A stretch of 64,000 nucleotides of DNA from Fibrobacterota bacterium (GCA_023249635.1 JAHFCH010000004.1:13730-77729), one strand, 5' to 3'; shown: positions 49,218 through 59,153, counted from the stretch's first letter. The notes: generated from the sequence alone by a model not told the origin. Program-made: numbers and translations.

Positions 49218-51278
49218 TCACGCCATCCCCAGTACGCGCATCAGGAAGGCCCAACGATCCGCGGTTTCCTCGATCACCTTGGACATGGGCTTCCCTCCCC
49301 CATGCCCCGCCTTGGTCTCGATGCGGATGAGCGCGGGACCCGCGTCGGGGACGCCCGCCACCGCGGCCTGCAGCGCAGATGCGAACTTGAAGCTATGCGA
49401 AGGGACCACGCGATCGTCGTGATCCGCGGTCGTGATCATTGTCGCGGGATATGCGATACCGGGTTTGAGGTTGTGCAGAGGCGAGTAGGCCAACAAGGTA
49501 CGGAATTCCTCCGCGCGATCCGGGCTGCCATAATCGGATTCCCAGGCCCATCCGATGGTGAACTTGTGGAAGCGCAACATGTCGAGCACGCCCACGGCGG
49601 GCAACACCGCGCCGAACAGTTCGGGACGCTGGACCATGCAGGCCGCCACCAATAGCCCGCCATTGCTGCCGCCGCCGATGGCCAAGCGCGCAGGCCGGGT
49701 ATACTTTTGCGCGATGAGCCATTCCGCCGCGGCGATGAAATCGTCGAAGCCGGTCTGCTTGCGCTCCAGGATTCCCGCCTGGTGCCACTCCTCCCCGTAC
49801 TCGCCGCCCCCGCGGATGTTAGCCACCGCCAACACGCCCCCCGCTTCCAACCAAGGCAGGTTGCCCACCGAAAAGGATGGGGTGAGGTTGATGTTGAAAC
49901 CGCCGTATCCGTATAGGTAAACCGGCGCGTTACCGTCCTTGGCCAGTCCGAGCTTGTGCACCAGGAACATGGGGATGCGCGTACCGTCCTTGCCGGGATA
50001 GAAGACCTGTGAGGTTTCGTAGGCGGCCGCATCGAAATCCAGCCGAGGGGCGCGGAATATCTCCGAGGCTCCGGTTGCGAAATCGTGGCGCCATACCGCT
50101 GCCGGTGAGGTGAACCCGCTGAATCCGAAAAAGGACTCCTTGTGCTCGCGCTGTCCGGAGAATCCGCTCACGGTTCCCAACCCCGGCAAGGCGATCTCGC
50201 CGATGGATTCGCCCGCCAGCGAATAGGCACGCACCACTGAATGCGCATCGCGCAAGTACGAAGCGACCAGGCGGTTCCCCACCGCATGCACCCCTTCCAG
50301 GGTGTCCGGCGATTGCGGAATCAACTCACGCCAAGCCTGCTCTTCCGGCCGATCGAGATCGATGGCGAGCACGCGGCCGCGGGGCGCGTCGAGATCGGTG
50401 GTAAACCAGAAGGTGCGGCCCAGGTCCCCGGAGTGGGAAAACTTGGCGCGGAACTCCGGAACCAACTCGCGCACAGGGGCGGCGGGATCCGTGAGGTCCT
50501 TCCAGAACACCAGGTTCTTGGGATCGGTGCCCTTCCAGACCGTGATGATCAGGATCTTTCCGTCTTCGCTCACCTCGGGGGAAAATCCCCATTCGCTTTG
50601 ATCCGGCCGATCGTAAACGAGAATGTCCTTTTCCTGCGCTTCGCCCAACCTGTGGAAGAAGAGCTTTTGAAAACGGTTGACCTCGTCAAGCTTGGAGGGA
50701 TCGCCGTCGAAGCGGCCATAGTAGAACCCGGAGCCGTCCTTGGCCCATGCCGGAGCGGAAAACTTTATCCGCTCCAGCTTGTCATCAAGGTCGACACGAT
50801 CGGCGACCCGACGCACACGCCAGGACTCCCAATCCGAACCCGATGCCGAAGTACCATAGGTCAACAGCTCCCCGTCTTCGCTCAACCCCAAGGTGGCCAA
50901 GGCTACCGTGCCGTCCTGGGAAAGCAGGTTGGGATCGATCAGGACCGTGGGCTCCTCGGCGAGGGAGGTCATGGTATAAAGCACGCTTTGGTTCTGGAGG
51001 CCGTCGTTCTTGAAGAAGAAGTAATGGCGGCCCTTGCGCCAAGGTACCCCGTAGCGTTCGTAATTCCACAGGCCGGTAAGCCGTTCCTTGAGGCGGGCCC
51101 GCGCGGGGATGGCCTCCAGGAAGCCGAAGGAGACTTTGTTCTGGGCCTCGACCCAGGCGGCGGTTTCCGGAGAGTCGAGGTCTTCGAGCCAACGGTAGGG
51201 ATCGGCGATTTCCAAGCCGTGGAGGGTGTCGCGTTGATCGGAGCGGCGGGAGGGGGGATAGGCGGGAGGATTACTCAT
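49218..51278 (-). CDS. Prolyl oligopeptidase (S9A)
   Basis: The N-terminal motif is DPYRWLED. The catalytic Ser is in GGSNGGLL. ADHDDRV carries the Asp and GHG the His. Confidence 0.9.
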   Translation of the reverse strand: MSNPPAYPPSRRSDQRDTLHGLEIADPYRWLEDLDSPETAAWVEAQNKVSFGFLEAIPARARLKERLTGLWNYERYGVPWRKGRHYFFFKNDGLQNQSVLYTMTSLAEEPTVLIDPNLLSQDGTVALATLGLSEDGELLTYGTSASGSDWESWRVRRVADRVDLDDKLERIKFSAPAWAKDGSGFYYGRFDGDPSKLDEVNRFQKLFFHRLGEAQEKDILVYDRPDQSEWGFSPEVSEDGKILIITVWKGTDPKNLVFWKDLTDPAAPVRELVPEFRAKFSHSGDLGRTFWFTTDLDAPRGRVLAIDLDRPEEQAWRELIPQSPDTLEGVHAVGNRLVASYLRDAHSVVRAYSLAGESIGEIALPGLGTVSGFSGQREHKESFFGFSGFTSPAAVWRHDFATGASEIFRAPRLDFDAAAYETSQVFYPGKDGTRIPMFLVHKLGLAKDGNAPVYLYGYGGFNINLTPSFSVGNLPWLEAGGVLAVANIRGGGEYGEEWHQAGILERKQTGFDDFIAAAEWLIAQKYTRPARLAIGGGSNGGLLVAACMVQRPELFGAVLPAVGVLDMLRFHKFTIGWAWESDYGSPDRAEEFRTLLAYSPLHNLKPGIAYPATMITTADHDDRVVPSHSFKFASALQAAVAGVPDAGPALIRIETKAGHGGGKPMSKVIEETADRWAFLMRVLGMA

Positions 51279-51336
51279 GGCGCTAATATACTTTCGCCCG
51301 CGGCGGAGTTACATCATGGCGCCCGCACCCGGACGG

Positions 51337-51374
51337 AAAAAGCCCGGGCGATCCGCTGACGGATCGGCCCGGGC
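51337..51374 (-). terminator. Rho-independent terminator after the porin gene
   Basis: The minus strand reads GCCCGGGCCGATCCG, loop tcag, then CGGATCGCCCGGGC, followed by TTTTT. The stem is 14 bp with one bulge. Confidence 0.7.
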
Positions 51375-51434
51375 CGGCATCGGGGTCGGGGTCCGGTCCG
51401 AACCCGAATTATTTCTTCGGCTGAATCGCCCCGA

Positions 51435-52787
51435 TCAGAAGTTGAAGGTCGGCATGAAGTACAGGAACATGCCGTTCTCCGTGTTCTTGGATCCCTTGGC
51501 GAGCACCGCCGTGGGTACCCCGGGCGACCGCTGGGACGCGGCGGGAAGCAGATAAGCATCGTCGCCGGGCATGAAGATGCCCGCGCCTAACACGATATTC
51601 GACTTGGGGAACCAGGCGATATGGGCTTCCAGGTTGATTTCCGATCCGTACGGTTCATCGGCCTTGGTCGCTCCCGAGGTAGGCGCGGCCTGCGGCGTGA
51701 AGTAATGGAATGCGGGCTTTACAGTAACACGCGGGTTACCTGTGGGGCCGGGGAGGAAACCGAAATCACCATCGATACGGTAGTCGACCACGCCATAGCG
51801 GGGGTTGGCGGCGAAGTAATCCATCCAACCGTACAGGTGATGCGCGAAATAGTAGTTGGCGCGGTAGGTGTGGAATTCGTTATCGGTGGGGGTATCATCG
51901 CCGCTCATCATATCCACGCCCACGTTGGCCTTGTAATTCCCCATCACAAATCCAAGGCGGGTGGCCAACTGGAAAGCGGCGCTGGTCCTGGCCGCGCCTT
52001 TGTTCGTCGCAAGCTCGCCTGCCTGGTAGATGAATTCCTCCTCGAAGGAAACCATTCCCACCTTACCCGCGACCCGCTCCCCGTAATACATGAGATCGTA
52101 GTTCGAGGTGGTGTCGCCGTTGTGGATTGTGGTCAGGCGGTTTTGATCATAGAACGAGTAGGCTTCCGCCACCAGGTCCGCATTCACCTGATGGCTGTAG
52201 TACAGTCCGCCCAGCAGATCATGATCCTTGGTGACCGTGGCGTTGGTATCGCGCACCAGAAAGGCCAGACCGGTCAGGTTGCCGGGATCGAGGTTGAGGT
52301 TGAAGGACCAGCCGTCGAAGGCGCGCGAGGTGGGGCTCCATTCCAAGGTGCTCAGAAAGCGCCCGGCGCCCAGCGACATCTTCTGGCGCCCCAGCGCGGT
52401 CTTGAAGGGGCCTTGCTCCACGGCGAAATATCCCTGGGTCAAATCAACGCCGGATTTGTTGCCCACCGTTGCCGAGGAAGGATTGCCCGCCACGTTGGGC
52501 TCAATGCCCATATAGCGCATGTCCTGGAGTTCAACCTTGATTTCCACCGCGGGCGATGGCACGGCCACGAAGCCGAGCCGGGTGCGGAGCTGGGTATTCA
52601 TCAGGCCCTTCTTGGTCACCGTATCGGCCATGGCCTTGGCGTCCACTTCGGTGCGGGTACGGACCTGGCCGTAAAAAGGCGGCTGGGGAACGGAGTAGGG
52701 GGATTCCGCGGGAACCGCGCCCAACAAAGGGATGGCGCACAAGGCGGCAAGGGGGATGATCAGGGTCGGCAATTTCGGGGCTCTCAT
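51435..52787 (-). CDS. Outer-membrane porin (alginate-export-like barrel) linked to the nitrate transporter
   Basis: GAGGAG is upstream. The signal peptide is MRAPKLPTLIIPLAALCAIPLLGA. The protein ends ...FMPTFNF. The family call is tentative. Confidence 0.6.
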   Translation of the reverse strand: MRAPKLPTLIIPLAALCAIPLLGAVPAESPYSVPQPPFYGQVRTRTEVDAKAMADTVTKKGLMNTQLRTRLGFVAVPSPAVEIKVELQDMRYMGIEPNVAGNPSSATVGNKSGVDLTQGYFAVEQGPFKTALGRQKMSLGAGRFLSTLEWSPTSRAFDGWSFNLNLDPGNLTGLAFLVRDTNATVTKDHDLLGGLYYSHQVNADLVAEAYSFYDQNRLTTIHNGDTTSNYDLMYYGERVAGKVGMVSFEEEFIYQAGELATNKGAARTSAAFQLATRLGFVMGNYKANVGVDMMSGDDTPTDNEFHTYRANYYFAHHLYGWMDYFAANPRYGVVDYRIDGDFGFLPGPTGNPRVTVKPAFHYFTPQAAPTSGATKADEPYGSEINLEAHIAWFPKSNIVLGAGIFMPGDDAYLLPAASQRSPGVPTAVLAKGSKNTENGMFLYFMPTFNF

Positions 52788-52894
52788 GGTACTCCTCGGA
52801 GTTTCAGGGTGACGGACAATCTTCTCCCGGTGGCGGCTTCGGCCGCATGCGGGAACACTTATTCCAGAACGGCCGGTAGGACCGGCCTTAGCGA

Positions 52895-53719
52895 TCAGGC
52901 CGCGGCCGCGTGGCCCGTACCTATCAGGTAATGCAAAAGTTCCTTGCGGATTTCCAGGTAATGGGAATCCTCGAGCAGCGCCTCGCGCGTGCGCGGGCGG
53001 GGGATGGGCACGTCGACCACTTTCGCGATCGTCGCCGCGGGACCGTTGGACATGAGCACTATGCGGTCCGAAAGGAACACGGCCTCGTCCACATCATGCG
53101 TGATCATCATGACGGTTTTGCGGTTGCTTTCCCATATCGTCGTCAATTCATCCTGCATGCTGCCGCGTGTCAGCGCGTCCAAAGCTCCAAATGGCTCGTC
53201 CAAGAGCAGTACCTGGGGATCGGCGGCGAAGGCGCGGGCGATGCCGACGCGCTGCTTCATGCCTCCGGACAACTGTCCGGGCTTCTTGTGGATATGCGCG
53301 CCCAGGTGCACCATCTCCACGAAGCGCTTGGCCTCGGCGATCCGGAATTCCTTGGGTTTGCCGGGATGGACCGAATCCACCGAGACCAGTACGTTTTCGA
53401 GGACGGTCAGCCAAGGCAAAAGCGAGTGGCTCTGGAACACTACGGCACGGTCGAGGCCCGGGGCGGAAACCTCCTTTCCGTTCACGGCTACGGTTCCGGT
53501 GGTCGGCAGGTACAACCCGGCTACCAGGTTCAGCAAGGTCGACTTTCCGCATCCGGAATGGCCGATGATGCTGACGAATTCGCCTTTGGCGATGCGCAAA
53601 TCCACGCCGGCGAGCGCATGAAAGCGTGACTTTCCCGATCCGAAAAGCTTGTGCACGCCGGAGATATCCACGAATCTGGCTTCGTTCTCGGCCAATTTAT
53701 CGGCGACAGGATCTCTCAT
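52895..53719 (-). CDS. nrtD: Nitrate/nitrite ABC transporter ATP-binding protein
   Basis: GHSGCGKSTLLN, LSGGMKQRVGIARA and LLLDEPFGALD are present. It lies directly downstream of nrtAB. Confidence 0.85.
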   Translation of the reverse strand: MRDPVADKLAENEARFVDISGVHKLFGSGKSRFHALAGVDLRIAKGEFVSIIGHSGCGKSTLLNLVAGLYLPTTGTVAVNGKEVSAPGLDRAVVFQSHSLLPWLTVLENVLVSVDSVHPGKPKEFRIAEAKRFVEMVHLGAHIHKKPGQLSGGMKQRVGIARAFAADPQVLLLDEPFGALDALTRGSMQDELTTIWESNRKTVMMITHDVDEAVFLSDRIVLMSNGPAATIAKVVDVPIPRPRTREALLEDSHYLEIRKELLHYLIGTGHAAAA

Positions 53720-53720
53720 T

Positions 53721-54701
53721 TCAATCTCCCGAGGTTCCGAAGAGGGTTGCGATTTTTGCCATGATGCGGTCCAGCAGCAGGCCCACCAAGCCGACGTAGA
53801 ATACCGATACGATGATGTCGCTCATGCGCGACGAGTTCCAGGAATCCCAGATGAAGAATCCGATGCCCACCCCGCCGGTGAGCATTTCGGCGGCCACGAT
53901 GGCCAACCAGGCCATACCGATGGAAATACGCAAGCCGGTGAAGATGTAGGGCGCTGCGGAGGGGAGCATGACTTTGAAGAAGTAGCGATGACCGGTGAGC
54001 CGATATACGCGCGCCACATTCTCGTAGTCGGCCGGGATGCGCATGATGCCCACGGAGGTGTTGATGATGATGGGCCAGATGGCGGTGATGAAGATTACGA
54101 ATATGGCGGAGGGGTTGGCCTGGTTGAAGGTAGCCAGGGAGATAGGCAGCCAGGCGAGCGGCGGAATGGTGCGCAGTACCTGGAAGATGGGATCCAGGGC
54201 CTTGAATGCCATGGCCGACTTGCCGATGATGATCCCCAGCAATACCCCGACTACCGCGGCTAAGCTGTAGCCCGTGGCCACGCGTTGCAGCGAGGAAAGC
54301 AATTGCCATCCCAGGCCCTTATCATTGGGCCCGTTGTCGAACCAGGGATGGGCGATGAGCTTCCAGGATTCCGTTACGGTCTTGATGGGTCCGGGCAGGG
54401 TTACGCCGTCCCGGGAGGAATAGATCTCCCAGAAGAGACATAGGAAGAATATGGCGACGAGGGGCATGATGAAGGTGCGCGCCCGATCACGGATGCGGGC
54501 CGCGCGTTCGGGGTCTTCGCTGGGCGTCGGCAGCAGGGCCGCCGGTTTCACCAGGGGTTTAGGCATGTTGGTTTCCATCTTGTTCAGGCCGGCCAGCATG
54601 GGCTTGGGCCGTTCCGATATCACGTGTTGCCCGATAGGCTTGGGCTTGGGCTTTACCGGCGACGCTGCGGCCGCGGGGGACTTGCCGGTATCCATGATCA
54701 T
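53721..54701 (-). CDS. nrtB: Nitrate ABC transporter permease
   Basis: The internal ATG 54701 overlaps the nrtA stop as ATGA. It is a polytopic permease with the TFNQANPSAIFVIF...WPIIINT region typical of NrtB. Confidence 0.85.
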   Translation of the reverse strand: MIMDTGKSPAAAASPVKPKPKPIGQHVISERPKPMLAGLNKMETNMPKPLVKPAALLPTPSEDPERAARIRDRARTFIMPLVAIFFLCLFWEIYSSRDGVTLPGPIKTVTESWKLIAHPWFDNGPNDKGLGWQLLSSLQRVATGYSLAAVVGVLLGIIIGKSAMAFKALDPIFQVLRTIPPLAWLPISLATFNQANPSAIFVIFITAIWPIIINTSVGIMRIPADYENVARVYRLTGHRYFFKVMLPSAAPYIFTGLRISIGMAWLAIVAAEMLTGGVGIGFFIWDSWNSSRMSDIIVSVFYVGLVGLLLDRIMAKIATLFGTSGD

Positions 54702-56065
54702 TTCTTCGCCCCTTTCTTGCCATCGAGATTCTTGATCTTCAGTTTGGCCAGGTAGGCTTCCGGATCGGCGGGGTCGAAGGTGACGCCGTCGAAAAAGGTC
54801 TCCACGCCGCGGGAATCGCTGGCCGGGATCATGGCTTCCTGCCCGATGGCCTTGGCGCATTCCTTCCAGATGTCGGCGCGGTTGACCTCGCCCACCACCT
54901 TGTCATAGTCGACTCCGTTGGGGAGGAAGCCCCAGCGGCGGGTTTCGGCCAGGAACCACTTGTCATGGCTCTTGTACGGGAACCCCGCATGGTCGCGCCA
55001 GAATTTCATGAACTCGCCTTCCTTGGGCTTGCGCTTGCCGTCGCCGTACTCGGTGTGGCCCTTGATGCGGGGCAGCAAATCCTCCACGTTGCAATTGATC
55101 CAATTCTTGTTCGCCAGGATCTTGGCCATCTCTTCGGCGTTCTTGGGGTTATCGCACCAGATCTGGGCTTCCATCACCGCCTTGAGCAAAGCCCTGGTGG
55201 CGATGGGATGGGCATCCACCCAATCCTTGCGCATGCCGAAGGACTTCTCGGGATGATCCTTCCAGATCTCCTGGGTCTGCACGGCGGTGTAGCCGATGCG
55301 CTGGTTGATGAGCTGCTGGCCCCAGGGTTCGCCCACGCAGAATGCGTCCATGTTGCCTACGCGCATGTTGGCCACCATCTGCGGCGGCGGGATCACGATG
55401 GTGGCCACATCGGCGTCGGGATCGATTCCGCCCGCGGCGAGCCAATAGCGGATCCAGTAATTATGCGTTCCGGTGGGAAAGGTCATGGCGAAGGTGAGGG
55501 GCTTGGCGCCTTTCTTCTTGGCCTGATCGATCCAGGGCCTGAAGCCCGCCGAGCTCACTCCGATCCCGTCTTCCATGTATTTGGAAGCCACCGAGATGGA
55601 CTGGTTATTGTAGTTGAGGCGGGCGAGGATATACATGGGGCAGGGCTTGTTGCCCTTGGTCACCAAGCCCAAGGTGAGCGCATACGGCATGGGGGTCAGG
55701 ATATGCGCGCCGTCGATACCTCCGTTCCCGGATCCCAGTTCGAGGTTGTCGCGGGTGGCGCCCCAGGAGGCTTGCTTCAAGACTTCCACGTCGGGCATGC
55801 CGTACTTGGCGAACAGGCCTTTCTCCTTGGCGATGGCCAAGGGCGCGAAATCGTTAAGGGCGATGAAGCCCAGCTTGGCTTTGGTCACTTCGGGCTTATC
55901 CTCGGCATGGGCCGGCGTGGAACCTAGCACTAGGACCAGTAGCAGCGAAGCCGCCGCCGCGTAGCCCGCTGCCAGACCGCTTACACGGCGTAAAGCGGCC
56001 GAACCTGCGCGCAACCGACGCGCGGGACCGGAGTGGAAAGGAAGTGATTGGATGGCGACCTGCAT
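54698..56065 (-). CDS. nrtA: Nitrate ABC transporter substrate-binding protein
   Basis: The internal ATG 56065 has AAGGAG upstream. A long signal sequence ends in AHA. The mature part has GFIALNDFAPLAIAKEKGLFAKYG, the NrtA/CmpA family motif. Confidence 0.85.
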   Translation of the reverse strand: MQVAIQSLPFHSGPARRLRAGSAALRRVSGLAAGYAAAASLLLVLVLGSTPAHAEDKPEVTKAKLGFIALNDFAPLAIAKEKGLFAKYGMPDVEVLKQASWGATRDNLELGSGNGGIDGAHILTPMPYALTLGLVTKGNKPCPMYILARLNYNNQSISVASKYMEDGIGVSSAGFRPWIDQAKKKGAKPLTFAMTFPTGTHNYWIRYWLAAGGIDPDADVATIVIPPPQMVANMRVGNMDAFCVGEPWGQQLINQRIGYTAVQTQEIWKDHPEKSFGMRKDWVDAHPIATRALLKAVMEAQIWCDNPKNAEEMAKILANKNWINCNVEDLLPRIKGHTEYGDGKRKPKEGEFMKFWRDHAGFPYKSHDKWFLAETRRWGFLPNGVDYDKVVGEVNRADIWKECAKAIGQEAMIPASDSRGVETFFDGVTFDPADPEAYLAKLKIKNLDGKKGAKK

Positions 56066-56136
56066 TTTAGGACTCCTTGGGATGTTCGAAATGGGCGCGC
56101 GGGCGCCTCCATTGCCTGTCTGGGTAAAGGTGCGGT

Positions 56137-56179
56137 CCCCCGGTAGGATGGGGTATGCGGGGCATATTCCTACCGGGGG
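56137..56179 (-). promoter_or_regulatory. Long hairpin in the nrtA leader (attenuator candidate)
   Basis: CCCCCGGTAGGA (56137-56148) pairs with TCCTACCGGGGG (56168-56179). An inner stem is TATGC-ggg-GCATA. The hairpin lies about 70 nt upstream of the nrtA ATG and has no U-tract. Confidence 0.45.
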
Positions 56180-56318
56180 ATGGGGATGGGGAGCATCCCC
56201 TCCCGGGGCCGGGATTGCCTTTCCGCGGTTGGACGGAAGGGCGGCTCCGGGATTCCGCTGGGGGGCGGCGAGGTAACTTGCGCGGTACTGGGTACCGCCC
56301 CGTCCCTCATTACCATTA

Positions 56319-56409
56319 CCGATTCCTTCCAAAGGCCACATGGGCATACTCCTTAGGCGCAACGGCCTGGGTGCATGTCCAAAGGCCCGGACGGACCGGA
56401 ATCAGTTGG
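56319..56409 (-). promoter_or_regulatory. Conserved 5' leader element, copy A (nrtA leader)
   Basis: The minus strand reads CCAACTGATTCCGGTCCGTCCGGGCCTTTGGACAT...GGAGTATGCCCATGTGGCCTTTGGAAGGAATCGG. It is near-identical to 59003-59111 and starts about 28 nt after the -12 element. Confidence 0.5.
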
Positions 56410-56436
56410 CTATTAACACGGACGCATGGGTAAAAA

Positions 56437-56452
56437 AGCAAAGGCCGTACCA
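56437..56452 (-). promoter_or_regulatory. Sigma-54 promoter of nrtABD
   Basis: The minus strand reads TGGTACGGCCTTTGCT, fitting TGGYAC-N5-TTGCW exactly. Confidence 0.7.
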
Positions 56453-56557
56453 GATATGTTACCTGGTCGAAATGGCGCGTAACACGGCACAAGACGGTAG
56501 CGTGAAAGGATAGTGTCAAGGATTACGCGCATGAACGCGCGCGAGTGGCATGTGGTG

Positions 56558-57598
56558 TCAGCGAATGCCGCGCACTGGCTGACAATAAGGAAACGGTAAA
56601 GTGGAAGTAGAGGATTTGTGGAAGGCTTCCAGGCATAGCGAGGATAAATCCAGTGAGCCGGTGCTCGTGGGCTGGGCATGCCCCCACAGCGCCATCTGAT
56701 CGAGGTACCAGCGCGCATGTGAATGCGAAGGGGCATGCAAGCCGCCCTCCATGAACTGGGAAAGCACGGATTGGGAGGTAGCCGCCAAGCGCGCCTGCGC
56801 GTCCTTCAAGGCGCCTTCCACCACGGAGCGCGGCGTGTTTACATAGCGCTTGGAGGCGACGATATCGACGGCGGCGTCGAAGTGCGCGGGATCCGCCATC
56901 CATTCCGAGGCCTGGGCCAGGGCGCGGATGATGCGCGCATGCTCCAGGCTATGGCCCCGGTGCCAATCGGCGCGCACGCCGAGCACCTTTTCGCCCAGGC
57001 CCGGAAGCAGCGCGCCGCTCTCGGCGACCAGGCGCCCTAACTTGGACGCAGCCGCGCGCCGCGACCACGGCTCTCCGGCGCAGAAGCCGTCTATCTCGGC
57101 CTTGCGTAAGCGCCCCACCATTTCCTGGGGCGCGATGATGCTTAAGGTAATGCGGTCGGCCAGGGCGAGTCCGCCGCGGGCCAACCATGAGCGGAGCAGA
57201 TATTCCTGGGTCCCGCGCGGGAAGACCACCCCCAGGCGTACCAGCCGCTTGGGGTTACGCGCCATCCAACCTGCGAGCCCGGCCCCGTCGCGGACGCCGT
57301 CGTTCCATAACGCGTTGGCGAGGATGATGCCGTTGCCGTTACGGCTCAGCGTGAATGCATAGAGGATGGGAGGGGCCCCGGGGGACGCCAAGGCGGCCTG
57401 CAGGGGCATGGTCAGGAGCAGATGGGCCGCGTCGAGTTCGCGGGTTTGCAGCTTGTCGCGTACCTGGCCCCAGGATTGGGCCTTGCGCAACTCCACGTCG
57501 ACATGTTGGCGGGCGAAGAAACCCTGTTCCTGGGCGACCGCCAGCAAAGCGCAGTCGACCAGGGGAATGAAGCCGATCCGGATTACCTCGCCTGGCAA
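56558..57598 (-). CDS. Cytoplasmic NrtA-like protein (NasS-like nitrate/nitrite sensor candidate), copy 1
   Basis: There is no signal peptide. IRIGFIPLVDCALLAVAQEQGFFARQHVDVELRKAQSWGQVRDKL...LDAAHLL is the NrtA/NMT1 fold signature. The start is TTG. Confidence 0.75.
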   Translation of the reverse strand: MPGEVIRIGFIPLVDCALLAVAQEQGFFARQHVDVELRKAQSWGQVRDKLQTRELDAAHLLLTMPLQAALASPGAPPILYAFTLSRNGNGIILANALWNDGVRDGAGLAGWMARNPKRLVRLGVVFPRGTQEYLLRSWLARGGLALADRITLSIIAPQEMVGRLRKAEIDGFCAGEPWSRRAAASKLGRLVAESGALLPGLGEKVLGVRADWHRGHSLEHARIIRALAQASEWMADPAHFDAAVDIVASKRYVNTPRSVVEGALKDAQARLAATSQSVLSQFMEGGLHAPSHSHARWYLDQMALWGHAQPTSTGSLDLSSLCLEAFHKSSTSTLPFPYCQPVRGIR

Positions 57599-57619
57599 AA
57601 CATCCTTTCGGGTTCCCTA

Positions 57620-58834
57620 TTAAACGCGGGCCCGGGCCACGGCGGGGGATCCCCAGGTCGAGCGCCAGCGCAGCTTGACTTTGAAGAGGATGCCGAATGC
57701 GCAGAGCCCCAGCAAGGCGTACAGGATGAAACCCAACCGGTAATCGCCGGTCAGTTGCTTGGACATGCCCAGGGACGAGGCAAGGTAGAACCCACCGACG
57801 CCGCCTGCCATGCCTACGAGACCGGTAAGGGTGCCGATCTCGCGGGTGAAACGCTGCGGCAGCAATTGGAATACCGCGCCGTTGCCCATGCCCATCGCCA
57901 TCATACCGACCACGAAAAGGGAAAGGGTAATCGCCAGCGTCGGAGGGATCACGGCCACGCCGAGCATGGAAAGCACTACCACGATATACATCACCTGCAA
58001 GGCGCGGGCGCCGCCCACGCGATCGGCCACCGTGCCGCCGATGGGGCGGAACATGGATCCGCAGAACACGCAGCCTGCAGTAAGGTAGCCCGCCACCTGG
58101 GGGGCGATGCCGAACTGGCTGTTGAAGTAGATGACAAGGCTGGAGGCGAGGCCTACGAAGCCGCCGAAGGTTACGAGGTAGAACAACATGAACCACCAAG
58201 CGTCGCGCTCCTGGAGCACCTTGAAGTATTTGGCCAACGGCTGCGCGGCGGGGCGTCCCGGGGCATCCTTCGCCATGAAGGCGTAGATGACGGTGGTGAT
58301 GGAAAGCGGGATCAGCACCAGCCCGAACACGTTGTTCCAGCCGAAATGGTTGGCCAGCATGGGGGCGAAGAGGGCGGAGAAGACGGTTCCGGAATTTCCC
58401 GCGCCCGCGATGCCCAAGGCCAGGCCTTGCGCTTCCGGCGGATACCAGCGGGAAGCCAGGGGTAGCGCCACGGCGAAGGAAGCGCCGGCCACGCCCAGGC
58501 ATACGCCCAAGGCATATACGGCATGCAGGCTATGCAGGCCCGTGAGCCACGAGGTGCACAGGGCGGCGAGTACCACCACCTGGCCGATAAGACCGGCGCG
58601 CTTGGCACCGATGCTGTCCACCAGCAGACCCATGAAGACGCGCATGATCGCGCCCGAAAGGACCGGCACGGCGACCATCATGCCTTTCTGGGAAGGCGAC
58701 AGGCCGAGGTCCTTGGCGATGTGCACTCCCAACGGTCCGAGCAACACCCAGACCATGAAGCTCATGTCGAAATAAAGGAATGCGGAGAAAAGCGTGGATG
58801 GGTGGCCTACTTTTGCGAAGTCTTTGAATCTCAT
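57620..58834 (-). CDS. narK: MFS nitrate/nitrite transporter (NarK/NasA), copy 1
   Basis: The internal ATG 58834 has AGGAG upstream (MRFKDFAKVGH...). The nitrate-signature motifs GIAGAGNSGT and FRPIGGTVADRVGG are present, with 12 TM segments. Confidence 0.9.
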   Translation of the reverse strand: MRFKDFAKVGHPSTLFSAFLYFDMSFMVWVLLGPLGVHIAKDLGLSPSQKGMMVAVPVLSGAIMRVFMGLLVDSIGAKRAGLIGQVVVLAALCTSWLTGLHSLHAVYALGVCLGVAGASFAVALPLASRWYPPEAQGLALGIAGAGNSGTVFSALFAPMLANHFGWNNVFGLVLIPLSITTVIYAFMAKDAPGRPAAQPLAKYFKVLQERDAWWFMLFYLVTFGGFVGLASSLVIYFNSQFGIAPQVAGYLTAGCVFCGSMFRPIGGTVADRVGGARALQVMYIVVVLSMLGVAVIPPTLAITLSLFVVGMMAMGMGNGAVFQLLPQRFTREIGTLTGLVGMAGGVGGFYLASSLGMSKQLTGDYRLGFILYALLGLCAFGILFKVKLRWRSTWGSPAVARARV

Positions 58835-59002
58835 ACCGAGGTGCTCCTGGTTAAGTCTCCGGTCCAAACAGGCGCTTCCATTTCCGCGATGCGGATGGAC
58901 GCCAGGCCGATGGAAAACAGGGGACTTAGGCCGGGACTCCGCCGGGGGGCGGATAGGTAACCTGCACGGTACGTAGGCTCGTGGGTTTCCATGGGGCTGT
59001 AT

Positions 59003-59111
59003 CCGATTCCTTCCAAGGGCCGCATTGGGCATACTCCATAGGCGTACAGGCTGGTGCGCTATAAGCCAGGGTGTGTATGTCCAAAAGCCCGGACGGACCG
59101 GAATCAGTTGG
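59003..59111 (-). promoter_or_regulatory. Conserved 5' leader element, copy B (narK leader)
   Basis: The minus strand reads CCAACTGATTCCGGTCCGTCCGGGCTTTTGGACAT...GGAGTATGCCCAATGCGGCCCTTGGAAGGAATCGG. Confidence 0.5.
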
Positions 59112-59137
59112 TGATTGACACGGACGTACGGATGAAA

Positions 59138-59153
59138 AGCAAATCGTGTACCA
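59138..59153 (-). promoter_or_regulatory. Sigma-54 promoter of narK(copy 1)-nasS-like
   Basis: The minus strand reads TGGTACACGATTTGCT. Confidence 0.7.

Noticed and set aside
56066-56362. N-terminal extension of the nrtA ORF (track start 56362), and likewise 58835-59032 for narK
   Set aside because: The extensions overlap the conserved leader. The two copies are conserved at the nucleotide level, but a 1-nt indel puts them in different frames, so the peptides are unrelated. Real N-termini (the NrtA signal peptide, and MR(F/L)KDFAKVGH shared by both NarK copies) start at internal ATGs with Shine-Dalgarno sequences.
56262-56452. Assigning the conserved nitrate leader to a known riboswitch or ANTAR-target class
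   Set aside because: I could not fold it convincingly into the two hexaloop hairpins expected for ANTAR targets, and I know of no nitrate riboswitch class. I report it as an unclassified conserved leader only.
51621-58465. Plus-strand ORFs 51621-52931, 52910-53629, 54965-55927 and 57422-58465
   Set aside because: All lie antisense to well-supported minus-strand genes (porin, nrtD, nrtA, narK). They are shadow ORFs of GC-rich DNA.
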